From assembly GCF_006345805.1 (NCBI RefSeq), contig NC_043007.1, forward strand, positions 4,402,001-4,466,000: DNA of 64,000 nt, given 5' to 3'. The position numbers and the translations under genes were made by a program. The notes under the pieces are model-generated. The model ran no database searches. It worked only from the letters and a program-made list of their open reading frames with translations, and had not been told where the DNA came from. Positions within the stretch are counted from its first letter, which is position 1. Each line of letters starts with the position of its first letter. This stretch comes from Octopus sinensis. Its lineage: Eukaryota. Shown here piece by piece: positions 25,277 through 37,597 of this stretch.

Positions 25277-26540
25277 TAAAGTGGAAAGCTAGCAGAATTG
25301 TTAGTACGCTGGGGAAAAATGCTTAGCAGCATTTCATCTGCTGCTACATTCTGAGTTCAAATTCTGCCGTGGTCGACTTTGCCTTTCATCCTTTTGGGGT
25401 TGATAAAATAAGTACCAGTTGCGTACTGGGGTCGATGTAATCGACTTAACCCCTTCCCAAAAATTTCAAACCTTGTGCCTATAGTAGAAAGAATTATCAT
25501 CATCATCATCATCATCACTGCCACCACCACCACCACCACCACCACCACCACCACCACCATCATCATCAATAAATAATAATAATAACAATAATAATGGTTT
25601 CAAAATTTTCCACAAGGGCAGCCATTTTTTGAGGAAGGGGATTAGTGAGTTACATCGATCCTAGTGTTTCACTAGTACTTAATCTATTGACCCCCAAAAG
25701 GATGAAAGGTAAAGTTGACTTCAGTGCAATATGAACTCAGAATGTAGGAGCAGACAGAATACCGCTAAGCATTTCGCCTGGTGTGCTAACGACTCTCAAT
25801 CGGCCAGCTCAAATAATAATAATAATGATTTCAAATTTTTGGCACAAGGACAACAAGTTCGGGGGAGGGGGGCAAGTTGATTCCATTGACCCCTCCCTCC
25901 CCCCAATGTCCCAGCGCATACTTATTTCATTGACCCCGAAAGGATGAAAGGCAAAGTCAACCTTGGCAGAATTTGAACTCAGAAGTTGAAGACAGATGAA
26001 AAGCCACGAAGCATTTTGCCCAGCATGCTAACAATTCTGTCTGTTCATTGCCTCAGTAACAACAACAACAACACAGTAGTTTCAGATCTGTCTTAATCTC
26101 GTAGGATTATGTTCAATGGTTCTTCAGCCATAACCATCGTCTTTTATTTTTTTTCTCTCTCCTCCAAACACCATCATTATTGTTGTTTGTCTGCTTTCCA
26201 TGCTGTCATGGGTTGGACCATGGATATAAAACCATGCTTGTCAATGAGTCCTTTGTGTTTTTTTAAGAAGCTAGGATTTGAAATGAGGGAAATTTGGCTC
26301 TTTTTTTTTTTTGTAGCAGGTTGAGTGGTTACAGACAGGCTCCCTGGCAGAATCATTAGCATGCTGGGCAAAATGTTGTCCATCCTTACGTTCTGAGTTC
26401 AAATTCTGCTGGGGTTGACTTTACCTTTCATCCTTTCAGGGTTGATAAATTAAGTACCAGTGGAGTGCTGGGGGTTAATGTAATCAACTAACACCCTCCC
26501 CCAAATTTCAAGCCTTGTGCCTTTAGTAGACAGGATTATT
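25277..26540. mobile_element. Cluster of four SINE-B copies (25277-25495 +, 25595-25812 -, 25826-26052 -, 26345-26540 +)
   Basis: Each has the ttctgagttcaaattc B-box, the gcctttcatcc core and a ccttgtg tail. They are separated by ATT/ATC/ACC/AAC microsatellites. Confidence 0.88.
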
Positions 26541-26774
26541 GACAATTGCATGAATGGGATCTATTAGTAAATGTTATAACATGTTTCACTTGTTGGTTGT
26601 AGCCAACTCTTTTCTCTCTGCTCCCTTAATGCCTTTACAAATATCCACATTTCACTCAAGTTCAGTAATTCTTAAAGCTTTGCAGTTGTAAATATTATTT
26701 CTGTTTGTTTTAATGGTCTTTCTGTGTTTACTCTATTTACTCATAAATAATGAAGCTTAATAAAAAAAATATGC

Positions 26775-27135
26775 CAACCACATGGTTCCAGGTTCAGTCC
26801 CACTGCATGGTACCTTGGGCAAGTGTCTTCTACTATAGCCTTAGACCATCCAAAGCCTTGTGAGTGGATTTGGTATATGGAAACTGAAAGAAGCTTGTCG
26901 TATATATATGTATATGTTTGTATGTCTGTGTTTGTTCCCCCCACCATAGCTTGACAGCCAATGCTGGTGTGTTTACATCCCCGTAACTTAGTGGTTCGAG
27001 CCAAAGAGACTGATAGAATAAGTACTAGGCTTACAAAGAATAAGTCCTGGGGTCGATCTGTTCAACTAAAGGCGGTGCTCCAGCATGGCTGCAGTCAGAT
27101 GACCGAAATAAATAAAAGAATGAAAGAATAAAAGA
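26775..27135 (+). mobile_element. SINE family A
   Basis: Colinear with 47721-48123. Confidence 0.9.
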
Positions 27136-27164
27136 ACTGATGAGAAGCATTATAACTGAGTTTA

Positions 27165-27195
<31 letters not shown>

Positions 27196-27780
27196 AGATA
27201 CTAAAAGCAACAAGAAACCTGTGGAAATGGAGATATCAAAAGCCATAGCTGTGAGACATCTGCTAATGTATACTCTTTGTAACCTGGGGTTATGAAATTG
27301 TGTTGCAAAGTCATCCTGCAGCAATTGCTAATTCTGCAAGCACACTGGTGTATGTGGATATACAGTCTGTTGTTTAGAGACGGTTATTTAATTTAACCAG
27401 TTACAGTTTAAGACATGAGATTGCATTGTTGAATGGTAGTCCTGAAAAATCATCTCCAGTGGACAGACTTATGTTAGAAGCCTGGATGCAGGAGAGATGA
27501 TGTTGCGTTGGTTTCTTAAAAATACATAAATGTCTGTGGCAAGCATGGCTGTGTGGTTTAGAAGTTCCTTTAGCAACTACTTGGTTTCAGGTTCAACCCC
27601 AGTGTGCAGTGCCTTGGGCAGGCATCTTCTAATTTATCTGGGCAGGTATTGAAAAGATGTCCATTGTATGAGTGTGTGTGGGTGGGTGTGAGTGAGTGAG
27701 TGGGTGGGTGTGAGTGTGCTGTCTCCTTCTCTCAACATACTGCACCAAGTGTAATCAAACATTATCATCATACAAGAGCC

Positions 27781-27817
27781 GCCCGCATAGCTCAGTCGGT
27801 AGAGCATCAGACTTTTA
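27781..27817 (+). pseudogene. 5' half of tRNA-Lys(TTT), truncated at the anticodon loop
   Basis: gcccgcatagctcagtcggtagagcatcagactttta matches the conserved metazoan tRNA-Lys-UUU 5' half (GCCCGGATAGCTCAGTCGGTAGAGCATCAGACTTTTA) at 36/37 positions. No T-arm or B-box follows. Confidence 0.85.
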
Positions 27818-27888
27818 CGGATATCTTAATTACATTTATCTGCAATCTCCCAAGAAAACATGTTTGGACTGGTGGAAAATAATGTTTT

Positions 27889-27924
27889 ATAATAATAATG
27901 ATAATAATAATAATAATAATAATA

Positions 27925-27957
<33 letters not shown>

Positions 27958-28345
27958 TAATAAAATTATTGTGTATAGTGCTCAGGTGCACTACAACTCA
28001 TCAAAGGTGCATGCACAGTACATAGAATTGTGTACAAATGTCAGGAAAGTTAATAGTGCAGGAGTCATGATATACATGTGTGCATGTGTATGGAGTATCA
28101 GGTGTAGTGTTGCTGAATTTCAGGAAACATGGAGTTTTTAAAGGATGCAAATTCTTGGCAACTAACAACTGATGCAGATAGTTTGTTCCATGCTTCAGCA
28201 ACACTGAGTGTTAAAAAATGTTTCCAAAACTCATGGAAGCTGTGCTGTTTTCTGACTTTGTAGGCATGCCCACATGTGTTAGACACATGGAGCTCAAAAA
28301 GGTGCTCAAGGTGGCTGTTGGTACGATGGTTAATAGTTTTGCTGG
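27889..28345 (-). mobile_element. CR1-clade LINE 3' fragment with (ATT)n tail
   Basis: Reads NTCGHAYKVRKQHS..KHFLTLSVAEAWNKLSASVVS..FK, the CR1 TRGH..FF..RV..WNxLP C-terminus. The tail is the (TAA)n at 27889-27965 on the plus strand. Confidence 0.85.
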
Positions 28346-28997
28346 TAAACAGGTGAGGGTCAGTGACAAGAAAAAGCTATGGAATATCAGCGTCAATCAT
28401 AGAAAAATAGATGTTGAAAAGGAAGATGGTGAAGATAGCTGAGTTCAAGGATTGCATTTATATAAGAGGATAAAATGTGTTACTGGTTTTTACTGCTTAA
28501 ATAAATGTGGTTGTTTCATGGATCTTTGAGTACAGTTGAAATTTTACTGGTTATTGAAATTCATCCAACCCCTGTCACAAAATAAGTAATAGGATGTGGT
28601 TGCTTAAAAGAGCTCTTTTAATACCTTCAGGCATTCAATTAAAGCTGTGCTTTGGCGCTGTCTTCATGGGTTTTAGTGGATTATGTTGTCTATGGTGTTT
28701 TATTTGGTATTTATTTTATGTTGGGAGAAGGAAAGACAAAATTGACTTGGACATGTTTTAAACTACTCAGAATATAAAGGGATGTAACTAGATACCACAA
28801 GGTATTTTCTTTTGATGCTCTAAAGTTATGGCTTGGCTTGATTTCTTAAGTACTTGGTTTCTCTCATTTCCTCTTCGGTAAGATGGCTTTTCTTTTTAAT
28901 TCCTACAATTAAGCATTAATTTCATTTCAAAATGGTACAATATTATACAAACCAGGAGAAACATCTTAGGCCCAATATAATATAATAATTATGAAAA

Positions 28998-29295
28998 CGT
29001 GAAAGCGCATGGCCTAGTGGTGAGGTGTATTGCACTCATGATGACTAGATCATGGGTCCAGTTCCTGGACCAGGGGGCATATTGTGTTCTTGAGCAAAAC
29101 ACTTTATTTCATGTTGCTCCAGTCCACTCAGCTGTAAATGGGTCACCCTGTGGACGGAATAATAGCCTTCCAATCAGAAGGAGTGTTGGCCAGCTTGCCT
29201 AGCCAATGGGGTGGCATCATTTAAAAGCTAAAACAATGGGAAGCACATTGTGACCAGCGATGTATAACAGCATTCTATAGTCTGGTTGATACTGG
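28998..29295 (+). mobile_element. tRNA-derived SINE with its own head/core and the family D tail
   Basis: A-box tggcctagtgg and core tgctccagtccactcagctgtaaatgggt. Tail ggggtggcatcattt..gctaaaacaatg..cattgtgaccagcgatgt is shared with 29850-29940. Confidence 0.75.
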
Positions 29296-29633
29296 GAATT
29301 ACAAAAATACCATTTTTTTGTTCATCCAATTGAAGCATTTCACTAAGATATTGTGTGTGTGTGTGTGTATCACAAAACTACATTAGCAAACCACATCAAA
29401 GCTTGTGCAACTGTTTGAAAGACTAAAAGTTTTAGTTTGATGAATCTGTTATACAACAAAACTTCAAAGTCCCTGTCAATGTTTGCTTTGTGAACTTTTA
29501 TATCATCATCATCATCACCATCATCATTTAACATCTGTTTTCCATGCTGGCATGGGTTTGACAGTTTGACATGGAGCTGGTCAGCTGGAAGCTGTCCAGA
29601 CTCCAATTATTATATATATATATATATATATAT

Positions 29634-29940
29634 ATGGAGGCTCAATGGCCCAGTGGTTAGGGCAGCAGACTCGCGGTCGTAGGATCGCGGTTTCGATTCC
29701 CAGACCGGGCGTTGTGAGTGTTTATTGAACAAAAACACCTAAAGCTTCATGAGGTTTCAGCAGGGGGTGGTGGCGATCCCTGCAGTACTCTTTCACCACA
29801 ACACAACTTTCTCTCACTCTTTCTTCTGTTGGCCTGCTCTCTTAGCCAACGGGGTGGCGTCATTTGAAGGCTAAAACAATGCGAAGTGCATTGTGACCAG
29901 CGATGTGTAGTAACATCTGATAGCCTGGTCGGTCATGGTA
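29634..29940 (+). mobile_element. tRNA(Arg)-like SINE family D (possibly the described octopus OR-type SINE)
   Basis: A-box tggcccagtgg, anticodon-like ctcgcg, B-box ggtttcgattcc. CpG-rich and flanked by (TA)n on both sides. Confidence 0.82.
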
Positions 29941-30192
29941 ATATATATATATATATGAAATATATGCAGATACACACACACATATAATTATATATAATAC
30001 ACACATACATAATAAATATACATACTTACACATATTATCATCGTTGCTTTGATGTCTTGTATTTCTACCCAGGCATGGATTGGATAGGACATTTCGAAGC
30101 AGTCACCTTCCCGATACCAGTATGTGCTTGCAGTAACCATGGAAATTCCATAGTTATTTTCAAAACTATAAGAGTAAGCATTATTCTAGAAT

Positions 30193-30559
30193 CCACAGCT
30201 GAGTGAGGCAGCTTTTGAACTCCATTCAGTGGATCCATGTGTTTAAGTCCTGCAATTTGTGGATGTCTCTGATATGAAATATAAGGCTGTAAATAGAGAA
30301 TATTGAGATTTGGTAAAGAATTACATATATCGACCATTGCAGAATAGGTTTTAGAAGATTAACTATGGAATGCAATTGATGATATAATCTATCTGCAATA
30401 TTAATATTCTGCTACAGAACTGCCATAGTAATAATGCCTTAGCAAATTTAATCTGCGGTACTGGATTTGTTTTTTCATATCAAAGTAAAGTGCATAAGGT
30501 TGGATCTGAAGGTGCAACTGCAGTAAAAGGAAGAATGGTAGCTGCCCCCTGAGCTGGGG
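30193..30559. mobile_element. Candidate MITE / non-autonomous DNA transposon
   Basis: Imperfect ~20-bp terminal inverted repeats ccacagctgagtgaggcagct / agctgccccctgagctgggg, plus internal inverted tgatatgaaa / tttcatatca. Confidence 0.4.
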
Positions 30560-30645
30560 AGTCATTAAAAACAAACTATTTCACTTAGATATACGTATGA
30601 CTCACTCACTCAATCAATGTGTGTGTGTGTGCGTACATGTGTGTT

Positions 30646-30678
<33 letters not shown>

Positions 30679-31410
30679 GCAAGATAAGAAAATGGAGAAA
30701 TACATCTAAATCAAATCTTTTCTTATCTTGTATTAGTAATTTGTGGTAAATCATTTTACCTTTGCCCATTTAATACAGTAAATGAATTGATTGCATCGCA
30801 ATCATTAACATTTATGTATTAACTTTGTTGGGTACTTCACTAACAGTATATTGGATATACGTTATCCCATAGAGGGTTGCATTTACAACCCCTATCTCAA
30901 TTTGTATATATATATATATATATAATATATATATATATACATACATACACACACATACATGTGTGAGAAATGAAAACGAGGTGAGAGAAAGAGCTCAGGG
31001 TGGCCAGTGGCATGAATGTAAACAGCAAAACTGAAGTAAATGCAAGATAAATCCCTGATCTGTTGCCTTTGAGAAACAGTAAATAAATGCTGTTGGCAAT
31101 TACACCTGACTCTGAATAAGAAAGGTGTGTGTTTGTGTGTGTGTGTGTGTGTAACTGGGTGGCATGTGGCCCAGTATTTAAGGTGCTGGTTTCTTGACCA
31201 TAAGGCATAGGTTCAATTCCCACACTGGACCTATGATTGAATCCTTGACTAATGCACTTCATTTTTCGTTGCTTCAGCAGTAGCCATGGATTAATTCTGT
31301 GGTGGTCGGGCATCCCATCCAGGATTTGTCACCAATGTTTACGCATCAAACACATATACAGAATAACAAAGAATCAAACAAAACAGAAACTTAAATGCAT
31401 TATTCATGTG

Positions 31411-31451
<41 letters not shown>

Positions 31452-32014
31452 TGTGAGTCGGATGAATTTATTTATTGATCTGCACATACACACACAAACA
31501 CATCTAACGTTACTAGTTTCTTTTTAATGATTTCATAACAAACACTCATTGCAACAGGAGAATATTATAAAACAGTAAAATATACTCCAACTGGCAGAGT
31601 TGAATTAGGTGTTGTTCCGTCTTGGATTTCTTTAGAAATAACATCTGGGGAAAAAAAAAGAAAGAAAGAAATTGAGAAATTGCAAAATTGTTACTGGAGT
31701 AGGATTACTCCAAAGTTATTTATGTCACCTGTTATATACACACACAGGCAAACATGCATGCATGCCTGCACACACACACACAAACACGCACACACACACA
31801 CACACACACATACATACATAGCAGGTTTATTCCTCTAATTATTGGGGTTATATAAAACACTGCCTAAATACCAATCTTGAGAAATTAGGCTTCTCAAAAT
31901 CAGAGAAGAGAAAGCTAATTCAAAGACTACAGATCCAATCCACCACTGGAACTGTAAAAATCTGTAAAACTTACCAGACGTTTATCATTTAGATATATAT
32001 GAGAATGTCTAGAT

Positions 32015-32280
32015 CGTCATCATCGTTTAACGTCCGCTTTCCATGCTAGCATGGGTTGGACGGTTCAATTGGGGTCTGGCAAGCCCGAAGGCTGTACCAG
32101 GCCAGTCAGATCTGGCAGTGTTTCTACAGCTGGATGCCCTTCCTAACGCCAACCACTCCGAAAGTGTAGTGGGTGATTTTATGTGCCACCAACACAGGTG
32201 CCAGACGAGGCTGGCGAACGGCCACGCTCAGATGATGTTTTTTACGTGCCACCGGCACGGAGGCCAGTCAATGCGGTACT
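32015..32280 (-). mobile_element. RTE 3'-UTR copy
   Basis: Contains catcatcgtttaacgtccgctttccatgctagcatgggttgga..ggatgcccttcctaacgccaacc. Confidence 0.85.
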
Positions 32281-32465
32281 ATGCAACTATATGCATGAGA
32301 AGACATACATGAAACATACAAATCTGCATATACATACATACAAACAGGAGTGCCTTGTTGTTGATGTTGAAATTCCAATAATGGAGTCTTGGATCTAGGT
32401 TGGAAACCAGTTCTTTCTTTATTGGCAAGAAATCTTGAAATAAACTGAATAATGACATGCATGCA

Positions 32466-32496
<31 letters not shown>

Positions 32497-32914
32497 GTAT
32501 GTGCATGTGTGTATGATAGAACTTAATACACTCTGTAAAGTGGTTGGCATTAGGTAAAGCATTTGGCCATAGAAACCCTACCAAACTAGAAACATTGCCA
32601 CAGGCTGTGGTCCTGCTGCCTGCTTCACTGTTAAACTGACCAATTTAGGCCAATATATAAAGTGATGGTGAGATGTATGAGTGGGGTGCAAGACCGATTC
32701 TTGCACTGCTTCCATTGACCCATTCAAAGCATCAATAGAATTTTGTTGTCCAAAGCTCTGCAGGTGGAATATAATCCAAAATCGCATGGCTGTGAAGTGA
32801 ACTTCTTAACCACAGAGTCATGGCTGGTATGTCTTTTATTAATTCCAGAGAGCTGGAAAGGCAAGTTTATCTCTGCCAAGTTTTGATTTTAGAATCTTGC
32901 TAAACACTCTCTCT

Positions 32915-33320
32915 TTTACTCTTTTAATTGTTTCAGTCATTCGACTGCGGCCATGCTGGAGCACCGCCTTTAGTCGAGCAAATCGACCCAGGGACTTTAT
33001 TCTTTGTAAGCTCAGTACTTATTCTATCGGTCTCTTTTGCTGAACCGCTAAGTGACGGGGACGTAAACACACCAGCATTGGTTGTCAAGCAATGTTAGGG
33101 GGACAAACACAGACACACAAACACACAAACACATATATATATATATACATATATACGACAGGCTTCTTTCAGTTTCCGTCTACCAAATCCACTCACAAGG
33201 CATTGGTCGGCCCGGGGCTATAACAGAAGACACTTGCCCAAGATGCCACACAGTGGGACTGAACCCGGAACCATGTGGTTGGTTAGCAAGCTACTTACCA
33301 CACAGCCACTCCTGCACCTA
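32915..33320 (-). mobile_element. SINE family A (young, CpG-rich)
   Basis: Near full-length reverse complement of 47721-48123. Confidence 0.92.
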
Positions 33321-33329
33321 GTTATTTCT

Positions 33330-34412
33330 TTTTTTTTTTTTACTTTCATTGCTGTTGCATTGTTTTAAATGAGCTGTTTCAAGTCTCACCCAGAGATCTC
33401 CAGTAACAGCAAGTCGGGTGGTTTATTACGGGTGTTATTTATGAGTAACTCTGATACACTGCAAGAAAAGGAGACCAAATACTGAGAATTATGATTTCAT
33501 TAGGAGTTTGTTGTAATATTTGCGATTTTGAAAGGGTTCAAAAGATTCAGATATTCTCTGGTTGACAGTGTCTTTCTTATGGTGTGGGTGGAACTTACGA
33601 GGACAATTTTTTGTAGTTCTGCTACTTTGTGCTTCCTAGTATTTTGACCGTTGGGTTTAAGAATATCATTTGGTATTGTTCCCAAAGCTCCAATGACCAC
33701 TGTCATTCTTTGATGCCACATTTTTGAAAATGTTATTTCAAGTTCCTTATATTTACTTAACTTTCCAATTCAAATGTTTTCACAGATGTGTTGCAGTCTG
33801 CTGGGATTGACATGTCTATGAGTAAACGTTTTATCAATGGATTCTTCTCCCCAATATATCCATTAGCCTGAAAACCTTAACCAGTTTAAAAACTACGTTC
33901 CCAAGGAATGGTGATGTCTTTATTTTCTACTACTTTGGCAGGCCTGCGTTCCCACCAGTTCTTCTTATATAGGAGTCCAAGTTGATGACCCTGTGCCAAT
34001 ACTGACCAAGACTATCATGGCAATCAGTATATCTGAAACTAGCATAGAGCAGCCAGAGATGAGATGCTCAATTGTTTCTCTGGTTGAACCAGAAAAGCAG
34101 GAGCTAGGATCAGCACCGTTATAAAGAATGTTGGCTTTTTTGAGTAATTTCTCATGCGCAGACACTGATCTTAAGCTACAGTAATGAAGCCCCCTGTTGC
34201 ACATATAAATCACTGATGGCTCATATTTATATCAACATCAGGCTTTCTGGCCCTTATTGAGTATTTGCCATGCAGTGTCTTACCCTTTTCCATCTATTAA
34301 ACAGCTCTGATATTCCATATAATTTGGCTTGTGCTTTTCTTTGTTTTATTTTCACAGTGAGGTCTTCTGTTTCATTTGGTTATGCCTCAATTTTTGTGAT
34401 CTTTAATTCCTT
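33330..34412 (-). mobile_element. Decayed R4/Dong-clade element, 3' ~1.1 kb
   Basis: Minus strand reads LHGKY.., ETIEHLISGCS, VVIGALG.I, ELQKIVL. The 3'UTR ctgggtgagacttg resembles the other Dong 3'UTRs. TAA/TGA microsatellite at its 5' junction. Confidence 0.8.
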
Positions 34413-34649
34413 TACATCATCATCGTCATCATCATTATTACCATTGACGATGATGCTGATGATAATATCATCATTTTTATTATTATTCAGAATAATTCTT
34501 CACAGAGGAAGTCATAGATTTAAAGAAAAATAATGGAGTTTTGTTTTCCTGAAGAACATTAGGAATAGGATGTAGTTCCAACTAAACTGTGTAGCAGTTT
34601 TAGTGATGATAATTATGGTAGTAGTAAAAGTAGTAGTAGTAGTAGTAGG

Positions 34650-35241
34650 TTTTTCTAATTTTGGCACAAGGCCAGCACTTTTGAGGATCGGGTGCAAGCC
34701 AATTACATCAACCCCAATATTTGACTGGTACTTTTTTTATTGACCTCAGGAGTATGAAATGCAAAGCTGACCTCATTAGGGGTTTGATCTAAGAATGCAG
34801 AGGGGTGAAACAAATACCACAATAAATAGTGGTTTCTGGTTCAGGAACAAGGCCAACACTTTAAGGAGAGGAGGTTAGTCGATATCACTGACCCCAGTAC
34901 TTGCTAGTTTGAACTCACACTAAGATCTGGGAAAATACTGCAAGACAATCTGATGTTGTAACAATTCTACCAACCCACAGAGCTCAATGTTAATAATAAT
35001 GATAACAATAATTCTTCTTCTTCTTATTATTATTATTACTGGCAGAATCGTTGGCACACCGAGTGAAATGCATAGCAGTATTTTGTCCATCTTTATGTTC
35101 TGAGCTCAAATTTTGCTGAGGTCAACTTTGCCTTTCATCCTTTCAGGGTCGATAAATTAAGTACCAGTTATGCACTGGGGTTGATGTAATCGACTCATCC
35201 CCTCCCTCAAAATGGCTGCCCTTGTGGCAAAATTTGAAACC
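34650..35241. mobile_element. SINE-B cluster (two diverged minus copies 34650-34980; plus copy 35040-35241 within (ATT)n)
   Basis: Shared core and ccttgtg..aaatttgaaacc tail. Confidence 0.8.
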
Positions 35242-35877
35242 ATTATTATTATTATTATTATTATATTATTATTATTATTATTATTATACAACTGTTCAAT
35301 ATTTGGTAGACTGAGGCAAATTTCTACTGCATCACCTGCTACACCACTGTGTTGCAGGGGTGTGTACAGCATTGTGTGTTCTTGTTTACAGTTGGGAGTG
35401 TGCAAACTCTTCCTGGTACTCTATTGTGTTAGTTTTTTTCCCCCTTGAGGTGTGGTGCTCTCTTTTGTTGTGTTACTGCTCGTATTGAGTGTGGGAGTTT
35501 ATTTCACTGGGTAAATGCTGTATAGAGTGGGTCCTGTATTTGTGGGCTGTTTCCTTTAGGTTGTATTATTGAATTATTATTATTATTATTATTATTATGA
35601 TCGTTGTTGTTATCATTATTACTATTTTGCTACTAGAACAATACTTAACAATTTTTATTGTACATTTATGTATGATACAATATTCAAATTACAAAACACA
35701 TAAAACAATACAAAAGTTATACTGTTTTTATGCTTTTTTTTATCCATGTACGTATTTTGTTATTTAGATATCATGTCTTTTATAAACTTAAAATAAAAAT
35801 GTGTATGTTTATGTGTACATCCCCTCCCCACACCAAATTATATGTATTATTTTATATACATACATGTGTGTGTATAA

Positions 35878-35904
35878 AGATAGATAGACAGACAGAGAGA
35901 CTAC

Positions 35905-35971
<67 letters not shown>

Positions 35972-36125
35972 CTAGATAGATAGATACATACATATATAGC
36001 TAGACAGACAGACAGGTAGATAGGTAGACACACAGACAGACAGATAGACAGACTGATAGACAGACAGACAGATAGATCGGTAGGTAGGTAGGCAGGCAGA
36101 CACACAGACAGACAGATAGGAAGGT
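35878..36125 (+). repeat. (GATA)n/(GACA)n tetranucleotide tract
   Basis: Directly visible. Confidence 0.95.
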
Positions 36126-36219
36126 AGCAGTGAGACTCATTAGTACACAGACCCCTATTTATGTATATACATTCTAATGTGTACCTTGCATCTCACCTCT
36201 AGGATCCTCTCTGGCCCTC

Positions 36220-36555
36220 TACATTGCAGTCAGCACTAAGCTGGAGGATGAAGGAAGTAACTCAACTGACCAACTGAAGACCATTTCAAAGAGGAACAAT
36301 GTGAGTCCTTCAAGAATGGAAGATGTCCACTGCATAGATCAGCAGTTTTTCTGCTGAAGGGGAGGAGAAACACTTGAATACTAACAGAAGAAACCAGAAA
36401 GTTAATCCCTGGTCCCTCTGGCCAAAGGTTTACTTGTCCCACCTGCAATCAAAGTGCCTTATCAAGGATTGGGATGTACAATCTTGAAAGGATCCACAAA
36501 GGAAGGAGAAGATGGTTATCACTGGGATTTGATGAACAACCACAAGCAAGCAATA
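36220..36555 (+). mobile_element. Second RTE family, C-terminal remnant with zinc-finger-like motif
   Basis: FTCPTCNQSALSRIGMYNLERIH resembles the RTE-1 F.C..C...SRIGL.SH.R.H end. Short caag-repeat tail. Confidence 0.65.
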
Positions 36556-36749
36556 GTAAGTACGCATTTACCTACCCCTCTGTCTGTCTGTTTGTCTTTT
36601 TGACTCTCACTCTGTCCGTCTATCCAGCCATGCATCCATCTATTCCATAGCAGAGACAGGTTTCTGAGTTGGGTGTTGGGGGTTCTTGATTATAAAATGG
36701 ATTCGTCATCAGATACTGATTCTGTGGAAAATAAAATTAAAAGAAATAT

Positions 36750-36947
36750 TGGCTTCAAATTTTAGCACAAGGCTTGCAATTTTGGTGGGGGGGGGGGTTA
36801 AGCCGATTACATTGACCCCAGTAGCCAACTGGTACCTATTTTATCAACCCTGATAGAAAGAAAAGTAAAACTGACCTCAGCAGATTTTGAATTGCGAATG
36901 TAAAGATAGACAAAATGCTGCTAACCATTCTGCCAGTTTGCTGCCTT
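36750..36947 (-). mobile_element. SINE family B
   Basis: Reverse complement has the core and tail. Confidence 0.75.
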
Positions 36948-37119
36948 AAGAATTAAAATAGATATTAATTAAAATCATACATACAAGGAATTGAAGAGGA
37001 AAGGGAATTCATTCAAGCCTTATGAATCCTCAGCCTCAGCTACAAATCTCTCTCCCCCCACCCCTTCTCCCTCTTTCTCCCTCTATCTCTCACTTTGTCT
37101 CTGTATCTATCTATCTCTT

Positions 37120-37335
37120 TTACTCTTTTACTTATTTCAGTCATATGACTGCAGCCATGCTGGGGCACTGCCTTTAGTTGAACAAATTGACCCCAGGACT
37201 TATTCTTTGTAAGCCTAGTACTAATTCTATCAGTCTCCTTTGCCAAACTGCAAAGTTATGGGGACATAAACACACCAACATCAGTTGTCAAGTGATGGTG
37301 GAAGGACAAACACAGACACACAAATATAGACGTGT

Positions 37336-37412
<77 letters not shown>

Positions 37413-37597
37413 CATATATATATATATACACACACAATGGGCTTCTTTCAGTTTCAGTCTACCAAATCCACTCACAAGGCTTTGGTTGGCCTGAAGCTAT
37501 AGTAGAATATACTTGCCCAAGGTGCCATGCAGTGGGATTGAACCCGGAACCATGTAGTTGGGAAGCAGGCTACTTACCACACAGCCACTCCTGCACC
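37120..37597 (-). mobile_element. SINE family A with expanded internal CA/TA microsatellite
   Basis: Colinear with the family consensus. Confidence 0.9.

Noticed and set aside
29634-29720. Functional tRNA-Arg gene
   Set aside because: The head continues into a SINE body found elsewhere in the window, with no proper acceptor stem or T-run terminator.
36645-36720. Minus-strand CTGATGA..GAAA-cctg-TC hammerhead-like spacing
   Set aside because: Stems I and II do not pair.
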